Below are positions 10,117-20,297 of a stretch of 64,000 nt of DNA, piece after piece. The translations under genes and the position numbers were made by a program. Every line of letters starts with the position of its first letter. Position 1 is the first letter of the stretch. The stretch is taken from contig JBEKIG010000001.1 of NCBI GenBank assembly GCA_050011875.1, positions 64,001 to 128,000 on the forward strand. Reading direction: 5' to 3'. This stretch comes from Nitrososphaeria archaeon. Lineage in GTDB: Archaea; Thermoproteota; Nitrososphaeria; JACIWG01. Under the pieces are notes generated by a model. It was not told the origin of the DNA. It searched no databases and saw only the letters and a program-made list of their open reading frames with translations.

Positions 10117-11196
10117 ATGTCGGTATCGACCATGCAGGAAGCAAGACTTTACGAAAAGATCAATGACATAAAGATCAAGTGTACAGCCTGTCCGAGGTAC
10201 TGTAGGTTATCGGAAGGGCAAATAGGATTCTGTGGCGTCAGAAGGAACGTTGGAGGAAAACTCTTCCTCTTAGTCTACGGTAGACCCATTTCACTTAACA
10301 TGGATCCCATAGAAAAGAAGCCCTTTTCACATTACATGCCGGGATCGAAGGTCTTAAGCCTTGGGACAGTTGGCTGCGATTGGGCCTGCCAGTACTGCCA
10401 AAACTCCGATATAAGCCAGAGGAGGTCCATCGGAGGGTTAGAAGCTACGCCGGAAAAGCTTATCGAGTTAGCCCTAAGATATGGTTCAGACGGCATCGCC
10501 TACACCTACAATGAACCCACGATATTTGTGGAATACGCTCACGATACAGGCGTTTTGGCTAGAAAAAAGGGGCTTTTCAACGTCTTCGTAAGCAACGGGT
10601 ACGCTACCCCAGAAAGCGTCAAGATGATGCTCAATTTCCTGGACGCGATTACAGTTGACTTCAAAGGAAATGGTGAAAAGCGTTTTTTGCAGAAGTACGC
10701 TATGGTAGTCGATCCAGAGCCGATATATCAGACTCTGATCGATCTAAAAAAAGGCGGGGTTCATATAGAGATCACAGATCTTGTTGTCCCAAAGATAGGA
10801 GACGACCTTGGAGAAGCGAGGAAATTGAGCAAATGGATCTTAGAAAACCTAGGCGAAAATGTTCCAATTCACTTTTTGAGATTTCATCCCGACTACAATA
10901 TGCAAAACCTTCCCCCTACACCTGATAATACCTTAGTAAAGCACTATTCTATCGCTAAGGAAGTCGGGTTGAAGTATGTTTATCTAGGAAATGTCCCGGG
11001 GCATTCCTATGAAAATACGTATTGCCCTTCATGCGGAAAGATGGTTGTTGAAAGATATGGATTCGATATTATAAATTGGCATCTCGATGGAGACAACAAA
11101 TGCCAATACTGTTCTCATCCGGTGGCTATCGTGGGAAGGCTTAAACAATATAGGTCTCAGGAAAGATTTTTTCCAATAAATTTAAACAAGCCATAG
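10117..11196 (+). CDS. amrS: AmmeMemoRadiSam system radical SAM enzyme
   Basis: CTACPRYC, GFCGVR, DPIEKKP, CxxxCxxC (CDWACQYC), YTYNEP, RFHPDY, YVYLGNV, C-terminal CPSC...CQYC. Confidence 0.9.
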   Translation: MSVSTMQEARLYEKINDIKIKCTACPRYCRLSEGQIGFCGVRRNVGGKLFLLVYGRPISLNMDPIEKKPFSHYMPGSKVLSLGTVGCDWACQYCQNSDISQRRSIGGLEATPEKLIELALRYGSDGIAYTYNEPTIFVEYAHDTGVLARKKGLFNVFVSNGYATPESVKMMLNFLDAITVDFKGNGEKRFLQKYAMVVDPEPIYQTLIDLKKGGVHIEITDLVVPKIGDDLGEARKLSKWILENLGENVPIHFLRFHPDYNMQNLPPTPDNTLVKHYSIAKEVGLKYVYLGNVPGHSYENTYCPSCGKMVVERYGFDIINWHLDGDNKCQYCSHPVAIVGRLKQYRSQERFFPINLNKP

Positions 11197-11259
11197 TGAA
11201 TTCCACTGGAGAATAAATAGAAACGCGAACAACTTCCAATTTCTGAAAACCTTTAATAA

Positions 11260-12099
11260 ATGCAATGTTCCGGAATCTTCGGAAAGCAGATGACGGTTGA
11301 GCAGGTAGCTCCAGAGAAAGGTTTAGGTTTTTGGAAGTACGCTCTCGGACTGGTGCTGATAGTTTTTTTTGTGTATTCCCAATACTTATTTAATATTACT
11401 GGACTCCTCTACGGCGTTATTCTTGTCTACCTTCTGCCTTCAATAGTCGTGTTACTAATTACTGGGAGGAGAATACTCGTTAAGGCAGGTGCTAACTTCA
11501 AAAAGGCAATCAGATACGGTTTCGGATATTTTGGTATATTCAGCGCAGCTGGAATCGGCTTGGCTGTTTTTCTTTTAGCATTGCTCTTCGCTTTCGATCC
11601 ACAAATCGTGAATATATTGAACCGACCGAACCCCCTGCTTGAAGTCTCACCTAATGTAGCGTGGTTGATGATACTTTTTTCCTTTGTTATCGTAGGGCCG
11701 TTTGAAGAATTTCTTTTTAGAGGCTTTGTCTTCGGTGAGCTATCGGACATCTTGAAAAACAGGCACTGGATCATTTCAGCTCTTATTGCATCAATAATCT
11801 TTGCAATGCTTCATCTCTACTATTTGATAATATATGGGATAGCTTCTATAATACAGTTATCTCAGATCATAATGTTTGGTCTTGGTATGAGTGGAGCCTA
11901 TTATAAGTCTAAGGGAAACTTGGTCGTACTAGCCTTGATCCACGGTGCTTTTGATGCAACAAGCTACCTGATCATTGCGATCCCCAACAACATATTCATA
12001 GGGATAGGGCTTAAGTTTGCGCTGATACTTATCAGCGTGTTTGTGGGTATTTTTTATGTTTTTGGAAATAAGCAGTCTGACAGCTCGATAGCGCCTTAG
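11260..12099 (+). CDS. CPBP family (CAAX protease/Abi) intramembrane metalloprotease
   Basis: EEFLFRG, FAMLH, LIHGAFD motifs in a multi-TM protein. Confidence 0.88.
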   Translation: MQCSGIFGKQMTVEQVAPEKGLGFWKYALGLVLIVFFVYSQYLFNITGLLYGVILVYLLPSIVVLLITGRRILVKAGANFKKAIRYGFGYFGIFSAAGIGLAVFLLALLFAFDPQIVNILNRPNPLLEVSPNVAWLMILFSFVIVGPFEEFLFRGFVFGELSDILKNRHWIISALIASIIFAMLHLYYLIIYGIASIIQLSQIIMFGLGMSGAYYKSKGNLVVLALIHGAFDATSYLIIAIPNNIFIGIGLKFALILISVFVGIFYVFGNKQSDSSIAP

Positions 12100-12106
12100 T
12101 CTTTTT

Positions 12107-14074
12107 TTAGTTCATTATTTTACCTGTATCCTCTGTTGCACTGTAACCTTTGAACATCCGCGGGAGCAGTGTCTGAAACTCCTTTGACCTCAAGCATTTG
12201 ATGAAGTCTTCTATTCCAGGTTTTTTGAGGCGCTCCCTTAGTACTACGAAGTCGTACTCCTCTTCAGTAAGGAAGGTGAACCCTAGACCATATTTTTCAG
12301 CGTAGAACCTCAGCCCTACTCCAGCATCAGCCCTTCCTTGGACAACAGCTAAGGCGACCGCCGAATGCGTTTTAGCTTCATAGTTATATCCGTTTATCTT
12401 CTTCACCATCCTGTTAAAGTCTTCTCCACTTTTTGAGGCTATCTTCTTAAGCGCATAGTCGAAGAATGTTCTTGTGCCTGAGCCTTTGTTTCTGTTGATA
12501 ATAGTAACCTTAGGTTTTAACATGTCTTCGATAGAAGAGATCCTTTTTTGATTTTCCTTTAAGGTTATGATACCCTGTTCACGCTTGTACCCCTTTACTA
12601 ATACAGCAATATCTTTTAGATTGAACTTGTTTAGGAAAGGAATGTTGTATTGAAGACTATCTTCATCGAGCAGGTGTGTACCGGCGATGTCCGCCTCTTT
12701 CTTCTTTATTGCATTCCAACCCGAAAGGGAACCTAAGTTTATGATCTTAGCCGTGCGTTTTATAGGAAATAGGCTTAGAATTAGTTCGACAGCAGGGCAA
12801 TGGCTTCCTATAATGTTTAGGTCAGGTATCCTTAGCTGATCAGAAAAGAGACTGACGCAGACGTCCTCGTTCTCTTCAATAAATTCGATATTCTCAGGAA
12901 TATCGATGAAGCCGTCACTATAGTTCAGAGTGGATACAGAGCCCGAGCTTCCAGGCGTCGGATACGCGATGTTTTCGCCACCATTATCTATGACACTCAC
13001 GGGAATAAGGGATCTTTTACCCTTTGCATTAAATATCCTGAACGGCACTTTTGCAGTTAACGTCCTCCCAGATACGCCTTCGTAACCGCCTATCTTTTTA
13101 AGAACAGGCACCACCAAAGCTGTAAAGACCATCATAGCTGACACAGGGAAACCTGGGAGGCCAAAAAGCAGCTTTCCCCCCGCGACTGCGACGATTGTTG
13201 GTTTACCCGGTTTTATCTTCAAGCCATGGACAACGACGCCTGGCCTCCCAATCGAATCAAACACCCTGTACATGATGTCACCAAGCCCCGCAGAAGTGCT
13301 TCCTGAAGTTAATACCATATCATTTTTATTTAACGCATCACTTACTGCCTTCAACATCGTGTCGTAGGTGTCTGGCAGAATCCCTAAGAAATATGGCTCT
13401 CCGCCACATTCACTTATCATCGAACATATTGCTGGGCCATTTGCGTCGTAGATCTTACCTGGGATAAGGCTTTTTCCTTGCTTCATAACTTCGTTGCCTG
13501 ATGAGAAGAGCCCGATCTTTGGCCTTCTGTATACAATAACTTTTTCGAATCCTAGGGCTGAAAGCGAAGCTATTTCTCTTGATGTTAGCGTAACCCCCTT
13601 TCTGAGGAACAGGTCGCCGAGGACATAGTCTGAACCTGCCTGAGCGATGTTTTCGCCATGAACTATTGATCTGTATATGTAAACGTTTGAACCCACTTCC
13701 TTTGTGTACTCCACCATGACAACAGAATCCGCTCCCTTAGGCAAAGGGGCTCCTGTCGAAATACTCATACATTCGTTATTGTGAATTTCCTTGGTGGGCA
13801 TCTTTCCTACTTCTGAGAAACCTATGATTTTCAATTCTGCAGGACTGCCTTCTTCAGCATCTGAGACGTCATCAGCGGAAACAGCGAAGCCATCCACTTC
13901 TGACCTATCGAAAGGTGGAGAATCGATTGGGGCAAAGACGTCCTCGGCCAAGACGCGTCCAAGAGAATTTATCAGATCAACCTTCTCTTTTCCCTTAGGT
14001 TTAAGATCAACAGCTTGCCCTATGATTTTTTGAGCTTCTTCGATAGATAAAAGGTTATGGAAGATCTTAGCCAA
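12107..14074 (-). CDS. moeA: Molybdopterin molybdo/tungsto-transferase MoeA with C-terminal PBP (LysR substrate-binding-like) domain
   Basis: PPFDRSEVDGFAV, TGAPLP, SSGNE, KPGKP, GLPGFPVS; C-terminal GSHC, INRNKGSGTR, EEYDFV. Confidence 0.93.
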   Translation of the reverse strand: MAKIFHNLLSIEEAQKIIGQAVDLKPKGKEKVDLINSLGRVLAEDVFAPIDSPPFDRSEVDGFAVSADDVSDAEEGSPAELKIIGFSEVGKMPTKEIHNNECMSISTGAPLPKGADSVVMVEYTKEVGSNVYIYRSIVHGENIAQAGSDYVLGDLFLRKGVTLTSREIASLSALGFEKVIVYRRPKIGLFSSGNEVMKQGKSLIPGKIYDANGPAICSMISECGGEPYFLGILPDTYDTMLKAVSDALNKNDMVLTSGSTSAGLGDIMYRVFDSIGRPGVVVHGLKIKPGKPTIVAVAGGKLLFGLPGFPVSAMMVFTALVVPVLKKIGGYEGVSGRTLTAKVPFRIFNAKGKRSLIPVSVIDNGGENIAYPTPGSSGSVSTLNYSDGFIDIPENIEFIEENEDVCVSLFSDQLRIPDLNIIGSHCPAVELILSLFPIKRTAKIINLGSLSGWNAIKKKEADIAGTHLLDEDSLQYNIPFLNKFNLKDIAVLVKGYKREQGIITLKENQKRISSIEDMLKPKVTIINRNKGSGTRTFFDYALKKIASKSGEDFNRMVKKINGYNYEAKTHSAVALAVVQGRADAGVGLRFYAEKYGLGFTFLTEEEYDFVVLRERLKKPGIEDFIKCLRSKEFQTLLPRMFKGYSATEDTGKIMN

Positions 14075-14076
14075 AA

Positions 14077-15360
14077 TTATCCCTCTAAAGGCTGGAAAAG
14101 GAGTACATCGACGGATTCACCTTCATCATAGCCTTCCAATCCCTCTTCCATAATAAGTAACCCGTTTCCTCTAGTTAGCGAAGAAAGAAGGCCGGAGCCT
14201 GTAAGCCTCATAGGTTCAACGGAAAATCCACCTTTATAGTATTTCTCAACTTTAACCCTTACGAAAGCTTTGACGCCCACTGGTTTTACCAGCCGCCTGG
14301 TCAGGCAAGCTTTGATGACAGGATAGCTGAGAGGTTTAGAGCCTCTTAGAAAGTTAATAGCAGGTTTTACAAAGACTTCAAAGCCAGTGAAGGCAGCTAC
14401 GGGATAACCTGATAGCATGAACACCGGCTTTCCCTGAACAAGAGCTAAACCTGTGGGACGACCGGGTCGCATCCTAACACCATAAAATAAAACTGATGAA
14501 TAACCTATCTTTGTGACAGCTTCCTCGACCAAATCTGTGGCTCCAACACTTGTGCCCCCCGTTGTAACAATAGCGTCAACGCCTGATGACGCTTCCAAAA
14601 TCTTTGAACTGATAATTTCAACGTCATCCTCCACAACTCCGAGGTCGACTGGTTCACAAAATTCTTCACAGGACATTGATAGTATAAGGGGTTTTGTCGA
14701 ATCAATCACGCTTTTGTTCTGAGACGTGGAATATTTCAGTTCACTTCCCGTTGATAGAACGCCGACCCTTAATCTTCTAAATACCTTTATCTTCCCACTT
14801 CCTGTTGACAAAAGTGCTGCAAGATGCCATGGTCTGATAAGCACACCTTTTTCAACAACGACTGATCCCTTTACAAAGTCTTCACCCCTTCTAGACACAT
14901 TCAGCCATTGGGGAACACTCCTGTACACAAGAACCGAGGAGCCTTCTAACTTGGTGTCTTCAACCATGACGACAGCATTTGAATTGGCAGGAAGAGGTGA
15001 ACCCGTATAGACTATGGCAGTTTCACCATTACATAAAGGCCTAATTTTTTCTTTCAGAGCGTCAATGCGTATTTCCTGTATTACTCTTAATACAGTGGGG
15101 TTGGTGGTTGAACTGCTTAATACATCCTCTGAGATAACGGCGTATCCGTCCACTGCACTTTTATCGTACTTTGGAGAATCGAATCTTGAAAGCACATGTA
15201 CCGCACAGAAATGATGAAGTGAATCAGAGACTGCAATCTCTGAAACACCTAGGTCAGGTTTCTTAAGAGACTTAAACATCAGATCAATAGATTCTTCAAC
15301 GCCTCTAAGAGACTTAAAGGATCTAACCTTATCGTACATTTTTCCTGTCATATCTCCCAA
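14077..15360 (-). CDS. moeA: Molybdopterin molybdo/tungsto-transferase MoeA
   Basis: SAVDGYAV, STGSEL, TTGGTSVG..D, RPGRP, LSGYPVA. Confidence 0.93.
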   Translation of the reverse strand: MGDMTGKMYDKVRSFKSLRGVEESIDLMFKSLKKPDLGVSEIAVSDSLHHFCAVHVLSRFDSPKYDKSAVDGYAVISEDVLSSSTTNPTVLRVIQEIRIDALKEKIRPLCNGETAIVYTGSPLPANSNAVVMVEDTKLEGSSVLVYRSVPQWLNVSRRGEDFVKGSVVVEKGVLIRPWHLAALLSTGSGKIKVFRRLRVGVLSTGSELKYSTSQNKSVIDSTKPLILSMSCEEFCEPVDLGVVEDDVEIISSKILEASSGVDAIVTTGGTSVGATDLVEEAVTKIGYSSVLFYGVRMRPGRPTGLALVQGKPVFMLSGYPVAAFTGFEVFVKPAINFLRGSKPLSYPVIKACLTRRLVKPVGVKAFVRVKVEKYYKGGFSVEPMRLTGSGLLSSLTRGNGLLIMEEGLEGYDEGESVDVLLFQPLEG

Positions 15361-15416
15361 AGTTCTAACGCCATCCCATGTATCTTTCTTACGCTCGAAT
15401 ATCTAATTAATTTAAT

Positions 15417-16487
15417 TTACGACCTACCTTTTATTTTTTGAGAGGTTTCCGTAATTATTCCCAACGCCTTGTAGATGTCTTCTCTTTCTATTCCCCTATG
15501 GGTAACCATCCTAATGTCCTTGTCGCTAACCGACAGCGACAAAACACCTTGAGCCTTTAAAGCTGAGGTGAATTTGCTTGAAGATACACCCAAACTGCTT
15601 ACATCAAATTTAACCATGTTGGTCTGCACAGCTTTCATGTTAACTGATAAGCCTTCGATCTTTGCTAACCCTTCAGCTAACAATCGGGCGTTTCTATGGT
15701 CGTCTTCAAGTCTGCTGATCATCTTTTCTAACGCAATTATACCGGGGGCGGCAACGATTCCAGCTTGGCGCATGCCTCCTCCAAGAACCTTCCTGACCTT
15801 CCTTGCCCTATCAATAAAGTCTTGGCTTCCAACAACAATTGAGCCGATAGGACAGCTTAAACCTTTCGAAAGACAGAACATCATGTTATCGACGTACTTC
15901 GTAAAGTTCTTCACGTCGACTTTTAGCGCCACTGAGGCATTGAATATTCGGGCGCCGTCCATGTAAAGTTTTAGACTGTGAGACCTTACGACTTCACTTA
16001 TAGATTTTATCTGTTCGGGTGTTGCAATTGTTCCACCTGCCCTGTTGTGAGTGTTTTCGATTTCGACCAAGGTCGTTTCCGGAAAGTGAATATCCTTAGG
16101 CCTTATCGCTGCTTCAACGTCTTTTGGATCGAGAACCCCCAAATTACCTTTGATCGTGTAGGGCACAAGGCCACCGATTGCGCATAGACCTCCTACTTCA
16201 TAATAAAAAACATGTGCTTCAGCCTCCAATATTACCCCGTCACCTCTTTTGGTGTTACTTATCATCGAGACCAGGTTGGCTTGAGTTCCACTTGTCACCA
16301 GCAAAGAGGCTTCCTTACCCATTTTCTCAGCAGCCATTTCCTCAAGTTTTTTTACAGTGGGATCTTCCCTAAAGACGTCGTCGCCGAGCTTAGCGTGCCT
16401 AATGGCTTCAAGCATTTCATCAGTTGGTAGGGTTACCGTATCACTTCTTAGATCAATGATTTCTTTCACCATCTTAGCACCACCCAT
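15417..16487 (-). CDS. ltaE: Low-specificity L-threonine aldolase
   Basis: IDLRSDTVT, ENTHNRAGG, MDGARIFN, PLP lysine FCLSKGL, GGGMRQAG. Confidence 0.95.
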   Translation of the reverse strand: MGGAKMVKEIIDLRSDTVTLPTDEMLEAIRHAKLGDDVFREDPTVKKLEEMAAEKMGKEASLLVTSGTQANLVSMISNTKRGDGVILEAEAHVFYYEVGGLCAIGGLVPYTIKGNLGVLDPKDVEAAIRPKDIHFPETTLVEIENTHNRAGGTIATPEQIKSISEVVRSHSLKLYMDGARIFNASVALKVDVKNFTKYVDNMMFCLSKGLSCPIGSIVVGSQDFIDRARKVRKVLGGGMRQAGIVAAPGIIALEKMISRLEDDHRNARLLAEGLAKIEGLSVNMKAVQTNMVKFDVSSLGVSSSKFTSALKAQGVLSLSVSDKDIRMVTHRGIEREDIYKALGIITETSQKIKGRS

Positions 16488-16540
16488 TAACTAAAAAAGG
16501 CCTCACATAAATCATTATTGCTGAATTAAACCGTTATTGG

Positions 16541-17050
16541 TTAAACTTTGATAGGAAGCTCTTTGCAAGAGTCTAAGATTATCTTACTCGCTGTAAGCAT
16601 CCATAAAACCTCCTCTTTGGAAACAGGTAGATCTGCAATGGATCTTAACCTAATGGAGTTCATATGCTCTACAGATTCATAAAAGGATAAACGGATACCT
16701 TTTGAAATTATCACAAAGGACATGTCCACTATATTAAAATCTTGAGGGAATTGGATATTCAAATAGTTCAAAATCTTTGCTAGAACATCTTTTACAGATG
16801 AATAGCTGTGTGAAATAGAACTCTTGTAGTCCATAATTTCGTATTCACTCTTGGCCTGATTGTAGGACATCGTAGCTTCATTTATATCGATCGTAACAAA
16901 ATATTCCATCCCTGAAGACACAGTTGGTGGGGCTGGAGGAGCAGATTTTGACATCTTCTTAACGGCTCCATATGTTAAAGCTACAGCCAACATTACGCCA
17001 AACGTTACGGTACTCCATTGAAAGATCACCATATAGTCTATCTGAGACAC
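16541..17050 (-). CDS. Membrane-anchored hypothetical protein with HEPN-like helical domain
   Basis: N-terminal TM helix, Pro-rich linker, helical pattern like HEPN but no RxxxxH. Confidence 0.5.
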   Translation of the reverse strand: MSQIDYMVIFQWSTVTFGVMLAVALTYGAVKKMSKSAPPAPPTVSSGMEYFVTIDINEATMSYNQAKSEYEIMDYKSSISHSYSSVKDVLAKILNYLNIQFPQDFNIVDMSFVIISKGIRLSFYESVEHMNSIRLRSIADLPVSKEEVLWMLTASKIILDSCKELPIKV

Positions 17051-17082
17051 TTATCAGTCAACGTACAACTTAACATGTTGCT

Positions 17083-17096
17083 AAAAAACTTTTATA
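17083..17096 (+). promoter_or_regulatory. BRE/TATA promoter of the C/D box sRNA
   Basis: AAAAAACTTTTATA ending about 24 nt upstream of the sRNA 5' stem. Confidence 0.55.
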
Positions 17097-17119
17097 CCCT
17101 GTATATGTAAAACATAAAT

Positions 17120-17184
17120 GGCGTCGATGAAGAATCAGAGTTATTGAAAACATTAATGATCTTAAGGCATTTGTCCGAGACGCC
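17120..17184 (+). ncRNA. C/D box guide sRNA targeting 23S rRNA helix 69 and helix 70-71
   Basis: Terminal stem GGCGTC/GACGCC; box C ATGAAGA, D' TTGA, C' TAATGA, D CCGA; guides TCAGAGTTA and AAGGCATTTG complementary to conserved LSU rRNA UAACUCUGA and CAAAUGCCUU. Confidence 0.82.
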
Positions 17185-17272
17185 GCCTTCAATAGTAACT
17201 GTCGAAAAATGATGAGTTACTTTTATTAGCGTATCCAAAGCATGGAAGAAGGCTTTAAACCAAACAATATTT

Positions 17273-18148
17273 TTAGATTTTCGCAGATACTATATCCCAG
17301 AGCGTTTTGATGTCATTTAAACATTGTTCCAAAGAATCTTGCGGTGTCTCTATTATTATAGGGAGGTCCCTGATCTCCTTGACTGATAAGAATGATTTGA
17401 ATCCTTCTAACCCAATTTTACCCGCCCCTATATGCTCATGCCTATCAAGGTGATCATTAAGATCGCCTTTAGAATCGTTTGAGTGGATCATCTTCAGTCT
17501 ATCTAATCCTATAACGTCTTCAAAATCTTTAATGAAAGAATCGACCTTTTGTGCAGAACGAATGTCATATCCTGCCGCGAAACCGTGGCATGTATCGTAA
17601 CATATGCCAATTCGCTTTTGATCTTCCACGAGGCTTAGACAGCGTTCCAACTGTTCAAACGTGTACCCAACGCTGTTTTTCTGGCCTGCTGTGTTTTCAA
17701 GTAATAACATTGAGTTGCCTTCTGATTCTTTAATAGCTCTGTTGCACGCGCTAGTTACACGCTCTATTCCCTCCTCTTCTGATGTTCCCATATGGCTGCC
17801 TAAATGAGTGACAAGGTAGGGGATTCTGAGACAGTGACATTTTTGAAGCTCTTCAGCTAAGATGCTAACCGATCTTTCATAGTTGTTTGCATCTGGTGAA
17901 GCTATATTTGGAAGATAGGGCATGTGTGCGATGGGAAAAAGTTCCGTCCGCTTAAGTTCTGAGATAAAATCGTTAAAGTCTTTTTTCTCCAACTTTTTAG
18001 CCTTCCATCCTCTTGGGTTCCTTGTAAACATCTGGAAGGCGGTACAGTTGATTGACCTAGCCCTTTCGAATGCATTGCACAACGCACCTTGAATGGAGAC
18101 GTGAGCACCTATCAGAGGCATTTTATCAAACGACTGAGATATATTCAA
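17273..18148 (-). CDS. nfo: Endonuclease IV (AP endonuclease)
   Basis: IGAHVS, HMPYLPN, LLLENTAG, CYDTCH, HSNDSK...DRHEHIG, IIETP. Confidence 0.96.
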   Translation of the reverse strand: MNISQSFDKMPLIGAHVSIQGALCNAFERARSINCTAFQMFTRNPRGWKAKKLEKKDFNDFISELKRTELFPIAHMPYLPNIASPDANNYERSVSILAEELQKCHCLRIPYLVTHLGSHMGTSEEEGIERVTSACNRAIKESEGNSMLLLENTAGQKNSVGYTFEQLERCLSLVEDQKRIGICYDTCHGFAAGYDIRSAQKVDSFIKDFEDVIGLDRLKMIHSNDSKGDLNDHLDRHEHIGAGKIGLEGFKSFLSVKEIRDLPIIIETPQDSLEQCLNDIKTLWDIVSAKI

Positions 18149-18176
18149 AAATATATAGGTTTCGCAATAGAAAAAA

Positions 18177-19424
18177 TTATGGAAAGTTGCCTGAAAGTTT
18201 CATCGCTTCAACAACTCTGTTAATGCTCAGGATGAGCGCGGCTGTTCTCATATCGACGTCTTTTGATGATGCAATGTTGTGGACATCAAGGAAGGCTTCG
18301 TGCATCTTCTTTTCTAGACGTTTGTTAACCTCGTCCTCTGTCCAATAAAAGCGAGAAATGTTTTGCACCCATTCAAAGTAGCTCACTAGTACGCCTCCAC
18401 CGTTTGCCAAGATGTCGGGTACAACGAGAACATCCCTGTCAAATAGGATCCTGTCCGCTTCCGGTGTAGTCGGACCATTCGCACCTTCCACGATTATCTT
18501 TGCCTGAACCTTGCCTGCGTTTCCCTTATGTATTTGACCCTCAAGCGCTGATGGAATTAAGATATCACATGAGATTTCTAAGAGTTCTTCATTTGAGATA
18601 CTTTTAGAGCCCGGATAGCCTACTACTGAACCCGTCTTTTCCTTATACTTTAAAACGTCCGACGGATCCAAGCCTTTTTCACAATATATACCACCCCTCG
18701 AATCGCTTACAGCTACGATCTTAGAACCGTACTCTTTAGCTATGATCGCAGCATTTGCACCGACGTTACCAAATCCTTGGACAGCAATTCCTCTTCCAGC
18801 CAAACTTTTTCTAGTCATCTTAGCAGCTTCTTTAGCGATGACCACTGCGCCTCGTGAGGTGGAAGTTGAACGCCCCAACGAACCCCCTAAGGAGATTGGT
18901 TTACCTGTTACAACTGCTGGAACTTGATAGCCTACCATATGACTGTAGGTGTCCATTATCCAAGCCATAGTCTGAGAGTCCGTGTAGACATCTGGTGCAG
19001 GGATATCTACATAAGGACCAATAACAGGAGATATCATCATGGTGTACTTCCTAGTCAGTCTCTCAAGTTCGTCTTTTGACATTTCTTTAGGGTTGCAGGT
19101 TACACCCCCCTTTGCACCACCGTACGGAATGTTCAATACAGAGGTCTTCCACGTCATCCACATGGATAGGGCGCGAACTTCGTTAACGTCTACGGCAGGA
19201 TGATATCTAATACCGCCTTTGAACGGCCCACGCGCGTCGTTATGTTGGATGCGATAGCCTGTAAAAACCTTTACCTGCCCATTATCCATTTTGACTGGGA
19301 AACTCACTTGTAATTCTCTCTTGGGTTTACTTAGCACATCTATGGTAGCTTGGTCAAGGTCGATGTACTTCGCGGCATTCCTCAGCTGTTCTTTTGCAAT
19401 ATCGTACGCGTTCAAAAACTTCAC
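18177..19424 (-). CDS. gdhA: Glutamate dehydrogenase
   Basis: GPFKGGIRYHP, GGAKGG, DIPAPD, QGFGNVG, EGANGP, PDILANGGGV. Confidence 0.96.
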   Translation of the reverse strand: MKFLNAYDIAKEQLRNAAKYIDLDQATIDVLSKPKRELQVSFPVKMDNGQVKVFTGYRIQHNDARGPFKGGIRYHPAVDVNEVRALSMWMTWKTSVLNIPYGGAKGGVTCNPKEMSKDELERLTRKYTMMISPVIGPYVDIPAPDVYTDSQTMAWIMDTYSHMVGYQVPAVVTGKPISLGGSLGRSTSTSRGAVVIAKEAAKMTRKSLAGRGIAVQGFGNVGANAAIIAKEYGSKIVAVSDSRGGIYCEKGLDPSDVLKYKEKTGSVVGYPGSKSISNEELLEISCDILIPSALEGQIHKGNAGKVQAKIIVEGANGPTTPEADRILFDRDVLVVPDILANGGGVLVSYFEWVQNISRFYWTEDEVNKRLEKKMHEAFLDVHNIASSKDVDMRTAALILSINRVVEAMKLSGNFP

Positions 19425-19490
19425 TACGATGAATTTGAAAATGAGCGGTTATAAGTGTTTCTCGCAGGAAGTTTTCTCCTTGTTTATACG

Positions 19491-20150
19491 CTATAGTTTA
19501 CCTATTAGGGGAATGATGTCGGTTAAGCTGGATACAATGTGGTCAGGTCCTTCATTTCTAAGCTTTTCTATTGATGTGAATCCGCCTAATACGACAATAG
19601 TCTTTACCCCAACAATCTTAGATGGCGTAATATCTATGATCCCATCACCTACTGTTACGCATTCCCAAGGTTTCAGCTTAAAAGAATCTAATAGGTAGCG
19701 CACACCAACTGGAGAAGGTTTCATGAATTCTACATCATCACGAGTTAAGATGATGTCGAAAAAGTCGGTGATCTGAAATCTTTTTAAAACAAAATTCGCA
19801 GCCCTTCTACCGCTGTTAGTTAAAAGTGCCAACTTTTTACCGGAATTTCGAAGCTCGCTTAATATGTCAATGGCATCAAGTCTTAGTTCAGTTTTACGCG
19901 CTGCCTCTTCTTCAAAAGAATTAAGAACACTATAAACGCGCTCTCGAACCTTTTCGTAAACAACCTTCTCAGCGGATTCTCTTACCCTATCTAACATCAT
20001 ATGGTAGCTTCCCGAGCCGTCTAAGCCCCCCAGGTCAGGTAGAACTGATTTGATCACCTTTAGCACTTCGATTTTCGAGCCATGGACATCTAAATTAAAT
20101 TCGACTAGTGTCCCATCTAAATCAAAAAAGACGGCTTTAATCATCATCAC
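19491..20150 (-). CDS. HAD-family phosphatase (phosphoglycolate phosphatase-like)
   Basis: FDLDGTL, LTN, KP, GDGIID. Confidence 0.88.
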   Translation of the reverse strand: MMMIKAVFFDLDGTLVEFNLDVHGSKIEVLKVIKSVLPDLGGLDGSGSYHMMLDRVRESAEKVVYEKVRERVYSVLNSFEEEAARKTELRLDAIDILSELRNSGKKLALLTNSGRRAANFVLKRFQITDFFDIILTRDDVEFMKPSPVGVRYLLDSFKLKPWECVTVGDGIIDITPSKIVGVKTIVVLGGFTSIEKLRNEGPDHIVSSLTDIIPLIGKL

Positions 20151-20297
20151 ACATCAGAAGGAAAGACTTAAGAATTTTTAAAAAAAATAATGGTAGCCTA
20201 TTTCTATTCTATATCTATTTAAACACAAGGGTGATTAAAACACTTAACTTAAGAAGATTTATATAAAGAAATTTGGTTAAAGGCATAAGATGAAAAC

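Noticed and set aside
10117-11196. amrS without AmmeCR1/MEMO partners
   Set aside because: Partners are often unlinked in archaea; cannot be judged from one window
12107-15360. Tandem moeA duplication with PBP fusion
   Set aside because: Common, described arrangement in archaea
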